NCBI GenBank assembly: GCA_000004695.1
Contig: CM000151.3
Span: forward strand, 4,480,001-4,544,000
Reading direction: 5' to 3'
DNA: 64,000 bases
Source: Dictyostelium discoideum
Taxonomy: Eukaryota
Shown: one piece after another, positions 55,582 through 64,000 of the stretch
Layout: each line of letters opens with the position of its first letter
Numbering within the stretch: position 1 is the first letter of the stretch
Program-made: the position numbers and the translations under genes
Notes under the pieces: model-generated
Database searches by the model: none
What the model saw: the letters and a program-made list of their open reading frames with translations, nothing else
What the model was told of the DNA's origin: nothing

Positions 55582-58500
55582 TTTAGCATTAAAAATTATT
55601 GCACAATTATTAAGTGTTGATCCAGTTAAATTGGAAACTTGTTTAACAATTCGTCATGTTTTAATTCGTGGTCAAAATTTCGTAATTCCATTAAAAGTTA
55701 ATGAAGCAGAAGATACTAGAGATTCTTTAGCAAAAGCATTATATGGTAATGTTTTCAATTGGCTCGTAGTTTTCATCAATTCTAAAATTCATAAACCACA
55801 AAAAAATTCAACATTTATTGGTGTATTGGATATTTTTGGTTTTGAAAATTTTAAAAAGAATAGTTTTGAACAATTTTGGTAAGTTTTTTTTTTTTTAAAA
55901 ATATATATATAAAAAAAAAAAAATAATTTCTAATATATTTTATTTATTTTTTTTAAAAAAAAAGTATTAATTTTGCAAATGAAAAATTACAACAACATTT
56001 TAATCAACATATTTTTAAATTAGAACAAGAAGAATATGAAAAAGAAAAAATTAATTGGAGTAAGATCGTATATAATGATAATCAAGAATGTTTAGATTTA
56101 ATTGAAAAGAGACCATTAGGTATTTTAAGTTTATTGGATGAGGAGAGTAGATTCCCACAAGCAACAGATTTAACCTATTTGGATAAATTACATACCAATC
56201 ACGAGAAACATCCATACTATGAAAAACCAAGACGTTCAAAGAATACATTTGTTGTGAAACATTATGCTGGTGAAGTACATTATGATACTCAAGGTTTCTT
56301 GGATAAGAATAAGGATACCGTTAGTGATGATCTTTCAAGCTTACTTCAAGGAAGTAAGAGTAAATTCATCATTGAATTATTTACACCACCAAGAGAAGAG
56401 GGTGATGACAGTGATAAGGGCAGAGAGAAGAAAAAGACAACAGCAGGTCAAACATTCAAGACACAATTACAATCGTTGATTAATATTTTATCATCAACTC
56501 AACCACATTACGTTCGTTGTATTAAACCAAACACAACCAAAGAACCAGCAGTATACGATCGTGAATTGATTCAAGCTCAATTAAGATATGCAGGTATGAT
56601 GGAAACCATTAGAATTAGAAAATTGGGTTACCCAATCCGTCATACACACAAAGAGTTTAGAGATCGTTATTTGATTTTAGATTATCGTGCTCGTTCCACC
56701 GATCATAAACAAACTTGTGCAGGTTTAATCAATTTACTCTCTGGTACAGGTGGTCTCGAAAGGGATGAATGGCAATTGGGTAATACTAAAGTTTTTATTA
56801 GAGATCATCAATATTTGAAACTTGAGGAACTTAGAAAATTAAAACTCCTCAAAAAAGTTACACTCATTCAATCAGTTTGGAGAATGTATCGTTGTAAGAA
56901 ACGTTATCAACAAATACGTGCCTCTGCAAAGATCTTGGGTGCCGCCATGTTATCCCATTCTTCAAGAAGAGACTTCCAAGAACAACGTCAAGCCGTTCAA
57001 AGAATTAAAGGTTTCTTTAAGATGCTTACCTATCAAAAACAATTTAAAATCATTCAAATCAACCTTAGAATCGTTCAAAATAATATTCGTTCATTCATTG
57101 CTCGTCGTCATTCAAGAAATGCAGTTTTACTAAAAAGAGATAGAAATGCAAGAATGTTGGAAATTCAAAGAGAAAAAGATGAGGAAGAACGTAATCGTCA
57201 AGAAAAAGAAGAACGTGATCGTCAAGAAAAAGAAGATAAAGAGAAAGAAACCGCTGATAGAAGACAACTCCAAGAAGAACAAAAACGTCGTGAAGAAGAG
57301 TTGCGTGCTAAACGTGAAGAAGAAGAATTGAAGAAATTGGAAGAAAAGAAATCACAATTAAAAGAGTTGAATCAAATCGATGAATTATCATCACTCGAAA
57401 GAATGCTCAAAGAACAACAAGATAAAAATATTAACGAACTCGATGATTTTGTTAATTCTTTAGAGGCTTTCTCATTCGAAGGTGGTGTAGACGATTCTCA
57501 ACCATACTCTTTCAATCATAAAATGTATGAAATGTCCCCAGAAGCACTCGATAAAATTTCAATCACTGATTTACTTCAAGGTTTAAAACAAACCGTTAGA
57601 TCCGTTACTAAATTTGAAGTTGATGAATCTAAATTTGAATTACCACCAGGTATTGAAAATGTACTTAAAAGAGCACCAGGTATTAAAAGACAAGCTTCTT
57701 CTTTCTTACCAGGTCAACCAATCCCAGATGTTTATTCTTCACCACAATATCCAGTTGATGAAGCTGATGATGATGATAGTAATAATAATTACATAAATAG
57801 TAATAATGGTGATTTACCACTTCCAACATCACAATCCTCCGATTTCTCATTACCACCACCACCATCATCATCTTCAATGGACTTTGGTTTACCACCACCA
57901 CCACCATCATCATCATCAGGTGGTACATATTCATTACCACCAATGCCAGTATTTGATTTCGGTATGATTGATCCAATTTTAGGTGCACCACCACCACCAC
58001 CATCAACATCAGATTCAACATCACCATCAGCAACAGCAACAGGTAATAATACACCAAATTCATCATCGGCATCAGCAAGTCAATCAACTAATCAAGTAAA
58101 TCCACAACCAACTGTTTCAGTTGTTGAATTACCACAAATTTTAAATGATGAAGAGATTTCATTATATTCATTCTATGATTATGCAAATAAGAATTTCAAT
58201 ATTGAAAAATTAAAACAAAAAGATGATATTTTCAGTTATCAAAAATCTCATATCAAATCATCATTATTGGTACACAGTGATGCAGAACAAACTAAAGTTG
58301 CAGTTGAAATCTTTAGTAAGGTTCTTCATTATATGAATAGCAATCCATTGGTTTCAAAGAAAGATCCAGCCGATTTCTATTCACCAGTTAAATTCATCTT
58401 AACCAAAGGTTTAGCCATTGAGAGTTTAAGAGATGAAATCTATTGTCAATTGATTAAACAATCCACTAGTAATCCAATTCAAGATTTAAATATTCGTGTT

Positions 58501-61500
58501 TGGGAATTAATTCATTTCACTTGTTCAACATTCCCACCAACTAGAAAATTAATTAAATATTTTGCAGCTTATCTTAAAACTACCATTCAACAAAGTGATG
58601 TTTCAAAATCTGTAAAGGATTCAGCACAAGCCTCCTATTTCATTCTTCAAAGATTCACATTAAATGGTGCACGTAAACAAGTACCATCTGTAACTGAATT
58701 AGAATCAATTAAAGAGAATCGTCCAATTTTCGTTCGTATTACCGCCACCGATGGTTCATTGAAGGGTTTACATATTGATAGTGCCACTACTTGTCAAGAG
58801 TCTTCAAATGATTTATCACAACGTTCGAGAATGCGTGTAAATTCAAAAGAGAATGGTTTCACTATCATTGAATCATTCAATGGCATTGAAAGAGATATCG
58901 CACCAACCGATAAGTTATGTGATGTATTGAGTAAGGTTGAGAATTTACAAGCAACCCTCTCAAGTAAGATTCAAGTTAATTTCAAATTTGTTTTCAAAAA
59001 GAAATTATTCTTTGATAATATCACCAATAATGTACCAACCACTTCAATCAATGTTGAAAATGAATTTTATTATCATCAATTGTTTAATGATTTATTCAAT
59101 TCCAATTATTGTAAGGATCAAGATTATCAAATTTCAATTGGTTCTTTGAAATTACAATTTGAGTCTTCTGATTACACCGATGAGATAAGAGCTTGGCTAC
59201 CAGGTAATGGTCGTGGTAAATATTTCACTACTGATATCGAAAAGAATAGATTCGATGATTTCATCAATAAATATAAATCACACAAAGGTTTATCACCAGA
59301 GGATGCAAAGAAACAAATGGTTCAATTGTTAGAGAAACATCCATTGGCAAATTGTTCATTGGTTGTATGTGAACATCAATCTGAATCACTCCCATACCCA
59401 AAGAATTTCGTTTTAGCATTGAATGTCAATGGTATTAATATCTATGATCCTGCCACTAGTAAAATGTTAGAGTCTGTCAAATACTCAAATCAATCTCAAC
59501 AAAATTTAAAGAGTGATGATAAATCAGTTTCGATCATTTTAGAGAATAAGAGTACTTTACAAGCATTCACTGGTGATGTTCAAAAATTGGTTTCATTAAT
59601 TAAAGAGTATTCATTATATTTAAGAAACAATGCTAAATATGCCAGAGCCTTAAAGGATTACAATGTTTCAGATACTTCATTGCTACCATTCAAGAGAAAT
59701 GATATCATAACTATCACATTTAAAGATCAAGAGAATAAATGGTTCATGGGTCAACTCAATGGTAAAGAAGGTTCATTCCCAGTTGATCATGTTGAAATTT
59801 TATTATCTGATGTACCACCACCACAACCAGTTCATCCAGTTGCTACTTTATCACCCCCAATGTCACCAACTATTCCAAACATTACAAATACTCCACCACC
59901 ACCACCATCAATTAGTGATTCAATGTCACCACCACCACAAGTTGGTATGTTACCACCACCACCTCCACCATCAGTTATGGGTTCGACCAAACCAATTGAA
60001 ATTCCATCATTAGGTATTCCACCACCACCACCATCATCATCAAATTCATCAGTACCAAATTCACCAATTGGTTCACCAATGATGGGTATTCCACCACCAC
60101 CACCAACTATTTCAGTTCATTCATTGTCAAACAGTGGTAATAGTACTCCTCCACCACCACTACCATCACTTTCAACTCCACCAACACTTTCAACTCCACC
60201 ACCAATTTCATCACCACCAAACTTTAGATCATCATTAAGAGTATCAATGCTTAATACATCAAATGATGGTGGTGATAATAGTTCTGATGATCCATCAAAG
60301 AGATTAACAGTTTCGCCAGCCATTGGTACCGATAGTCAATTGGCACAATGGGCATCAACTCGTTTCCGTTCATTCAAGAGAGCATCAACATTGAATCAAC
60401 AACAAGCAACCTTAAAGAGAAAAGCACCAGTCGATCCAAATACAGCATTCTACTTTAACAAGGATCCAATTAAAGAGTCATTGATTGAAATGGAAGCAAA
60501 ATTATCAAAGAAAGCCATTAAAAACTTTTCAGAGATTATGATGTGGATGGGTGATTATCCAATTCCAAAGGGTCAAACAGCATCATTGGTAATTCAATCA
60601 ATTATTTCACGTGGTATTGAAAATCATGAATTACGTGATGAAATCTATTGTCAAGCCTATCGTCAAACCAATAAGAATCCAAAGGTTGAATCAGCCAAGA
60701 AAGGTTTCGAATTAATCTATTTCCTTAGTATCACATTCTCACCATCAGACTCATTGTTACAACCATTCATGGAACAATTAATGTCAAGAAATATTGCAAT
60801 TCAATCAAGTTCACCACAATTGGCTTCATTGATTGCAGTTTGTATTGAGAAATTAGAATCTCATCCAATTCCATCCTATCAACAACGTAAGATGGGTCCA
60901 TCAGCCACTGAAATTCAATCATTCCGTTCAAATCTTGAGAATGGTGATATTAGCACATGTAAAATTCGTTTCATTGATCAATCTACTAAACTCGCTAAAA
61001 TCAACACCTATACAACCATCAGAGAGATCACCGATACCGTTTGTCGTCAATATGGTATCTCACAACAATCGATTAAAATGTTTGGCATTAGTGCAGTCAA
61101 TGAAACCGCAGGTATTAGTAAAGTGGTATCCGAGACCGATATGATTTACGATGTTTTGGCTCGTTGGGAACAAAGTGAAGAAAAGGGTGAATTCTATTTC
61201 CAAGTTCGTCGTAGATTCTTCTTGGATGATGTAAATAAAATTTTGGATCAAGAGCATCTTTGGACTGATGATGATATTTGTTTCGAGTTAACCTATTGTC
61301 AAATTCGTGATGAATGGATGAAAGGTTTATACACAAATGTCAATGAGAAAGATTCATCGATTATTGCCGCAATCTTAATTCAATTGTTATATCCAAATCA
61401 ATCCAAATTGGTTTTAACCAAAGAGGTTGTTCGTCAAGTTTTACCTGATCAAATTTTGAACTCTCAAAATATAAAGGTTTGGATCTCAATGATTGAATCT

Positions 61501-61848
61501 CAAATCTTTGAATTGGTCTCTCAAACCCCAGAATACTTGAAATTGATGTTTATCAATTTAATTGGTTCAAAATCACCATTATTCGGTTGTACATTATTTA
61601 ACATTCAACAAAAAGAAAATCCACCAAAAGCTTGGTTGGCCATCAACAAAAAAGGTGTTTCCATTTTCGATCCACACACTAAAGAATCTAAAAACTTTTG
61701 GACTTTCCAATCAATCTCAAATGTCGCTTTCACTGATGACACTTTTTGTATTATGACTGGTAATTTAATGAAACCAATTAAACAAACCTTTACAACTGAT
61801 GAACATTCTTCAATTGCTTCAGTTTATCAATTTTATTCTTCTCAATAA
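54415..61848 (+). CDS. myoI: Unconventional myosin VII with motor, IQ motifs, coiled coil, two MyTH4-FERM modules and an SH3 domain; 2357 aa. Four exons: 54415..54961, 55122..55472, 55587..55878, 55965..61848.
   Basis: Motor motifs are present ([26 protein letters not shown] restored across intron 1, [17 protein letters not shown] restored across intron 3, LDEESRFPQ). All donors are GTAAGT and the acceptors are aaaaaag|, ttttag| and aaaag|. The spliced length of 7074 nt gives 2357 codons, matching Dictyostelium myosin VII. The MyTH4/FERM and SH3 signatures are in the 3' exon. Confidence 0.9.
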
Positions 61849-62145
61849 AAAAATTAAAATAAAATAAAATAAATAAATAAAAAAAAAAAACAAATAAATA
61901 AATAAATAAAAAAAAAAATTAAAAAAATTAAAAAAATTAAAAATACATATTAAATTTTTGTTGTTAAAAATGGAAATTTTGGTTATTTGGGCTCCCTTTT
62001 TTTCAGATAAATAATTGAAATCAAAAAAATGAGTTTTGGGATATTTTAATTTATTTTCGTAAAAAAAAAGTTGTGGTGTGAAAAAAAAATAAAATTTTGT
62101 TGGTGTTTAAAATTTAAAAAAAAAAATTTTAAAAATAAAGAATAA

Positions 62146-63714
62146 ATGATTTTAAAGTTTTTAATTTTTATTTGTTTTGTGAGTATACTTTTTTTATGTG
62201 AAAAAGCTTTAGGGGAATTAATCATTAAAGATGTAACAATTGATAAAAATGCAAGTACTAAATATAAGTTTCAAGGGAGCTGCTCATATTCACTATTTGC
62301 TTTAGTAATTGATGATAGTTCTCCCTCTTCACTTACAATATATACCGACTCCAACAAAGGTATGGGATTCGATGCTTATGCATTTGTTGCGCAATCATAC
62401 AAAAATTCCACTTATTCATCTACTCTTTTCACCATTTCAGTTTTTTCTTATAATGGAGAAGGTGAACCTGTTCTTATTGCTTCTAATGATATTGTAAATT
62501 CAACTTTATATTTACCCTTAAAATGTTTAGGTAAAGATTAAAAAAAAAAAAAAAAAAAAAATTAAACAATAAAAAAAAAAGATTAATTAACACTAATTTA
62601 ATTAAACAAACAAATAAAAAAAAAAAAAAAAAATTAAAAATTTAAAATCAATTTAAAGAAATTCAAACTGGCCAAATGACACTATTAAAAAAAACAGACA
62701 TGCAACCAGATATTTTTGGATTATTATCATATCAGTTTCAAGTTGGTGGATTAATATCAAATTATCCATCAGGTGGAATTACGGGTTATAACTCTTTTAA
62801 TTCTTTAATGACTAATTATGTATATATAAGTTTTTCTTCTGGGCCAAAAGGAGATACTCCAAAATCACCATCAACACATTTTGTGTTTAGTGATTTTACT
62901 GTTTCTTTGGGTGAATATTATAATAATACAAGTAAGTTTTATTTTTATTTAATTAATTTTAATTTCAAAATCCTTATTAATATAAATTCTTTTTTTAATG
63001 ATAATAATTATAATAGATGTGGATTCTGTAACCAATATTAAGAGATTCCCAAACGTTCAAGATGTTCAATTAATGGGCAAATCTTTTGTACCACTGTTCA
63101 CATTCGAGTCTGACACACCATATTTAATTCCAAGTTTTTCATTAATGGTTATTTCTTCCTTTCTTAATTTTTATTTTAGACCAATTTCAAAAAAAAACAA
63201 TATAACAACATTTATTGGTGCCTATGGTTATATGGATAGTGGATTATTAACTAATTATACTTTTTATGCACAACATCAATCAATTTCAACAATAAGAGAT
63301 ACATTTAGTTTTAATATTAAAGGTAAAAATTTATAATTTATTAATTAATATTAACTCGATAATTAATTAATTAATTAATTAATTTATTTATTTATTGAAA
63401 AGAATTTGAAAAGAATTTAATACCTATAAATACAAATAATATTACTCAAATCAATAGTTGGTTGATTATAGATTTTAGTTCTACTAGTCCATATGATTTC
63501 ACACCATTCTATATCACTCATTTATCAACAAAATATTATAAATTTCCATTTGGTTTCAAAAAAGGTGGGTTAGGAGGTTATCAATATTCTGCAACATTTT
63601 TATTACCAGACGTCATCTCAAATCCAGAAAATATTTCATTTTCAACAAACAGTTTTTTTAAAAGTTCTGATAGCGATGGTTTTACATCATTTGTTAAATC
63701 TCCAAATCAAGGTA

Positions 63715-63755
<41 letters not shown>

Positions 63756-64000
63756 GTCCTAAAGGAATATATAATAACATTTTTTTTATTTACGAAAAAA
63801 AGCTCCTTATAGTGCGCCTGTATATGTTGATCACAAATTTTATCATATATATGATTCATTTTATTTATTACTATTTAATATCAAACATGAAAGTCCAATT
63901 TATAAAATATCAAATAATTATAGAGATTATTTCATAACTACGCTATCTTCTGGAACCGACATGGATGGTTGGTTTGAAATGATAGTCGATACAAGAAGAA
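62146..64000 (+). CDS. Secreted protein gene of the same Dictyostelium-specific family as 33889..36210, multi-exon, 3' end off the window
   Basis: Genuine ATG and signal peptide (MILKFLIFICFVSILFLCEKALG). Exon 1 ends at g|GTAAAG (62526). Downstream exon-like ORFs (62676.., 63016.., 63186.., 63462..) are separated by short AT-rich GT..AG segments. The exon-intron pattern is similar to the 33889 gene. Confidence 0.45.

Overview
This window is Dictyostelium discoideum-type nuclear DNA: about 75-80% AT, with long homopolymer A/T tracts, Asn/Gln/Thr codon-repeat arrays and short (75-170 bp) AT-rich GT..AG introns. It is gene-dense, and several genes are recognisable from their translations: triose-phosphate isomerase (tpiA, 2 exons), a conventional 376-aa actin with TATA box, a Stealth/GlcNAc-1-phosphotransferase-like gene (2 exons), an SRR1-like gene, a SHAQKYF-class Myb factor (4 exons), 6-phosphofructokinase (834 aa), COQ9 (3 exons), a TPR/Sel1-repeat protein (2 exons), a beta-carbonic anhydrase and the unconventional myosin VII (4 exons, 2357 aa). 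The rest are Dictyostelium-specific low-complexity or secreted proteins. No rRNA, tRNA or CRISPR was found. The accessory part is 36.2-43.7 kb: (1) a 2.77-kb TIR-bounded DNA transposon encoding an intron-containing retroviral-integrase-like transposase sits inside a secreted EGF-like/transmembrane protein gene, whose upstream reading frame runs straight into the TIR; (2) about 3 kb downstream lies a 1.67-kb non-autonomous TIR element carrying three GC-rich GGGTACCCC palindromes and a GC-rich mini-ORF, possibly also inserted into a minus-strand gene. Two genes (a His/Gly-rich protein at the left edge and the beta-carbonic anhydrase) each carry an apparent +1 frameshift from an extra G in a GGT codon. 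Other points: a candidate C/D-box snoRNA, FNIP-repeat pseudogene debris, and many supplied ORF starts that are GTG/TTG rather than ATG, which I corrected by reading upstream.
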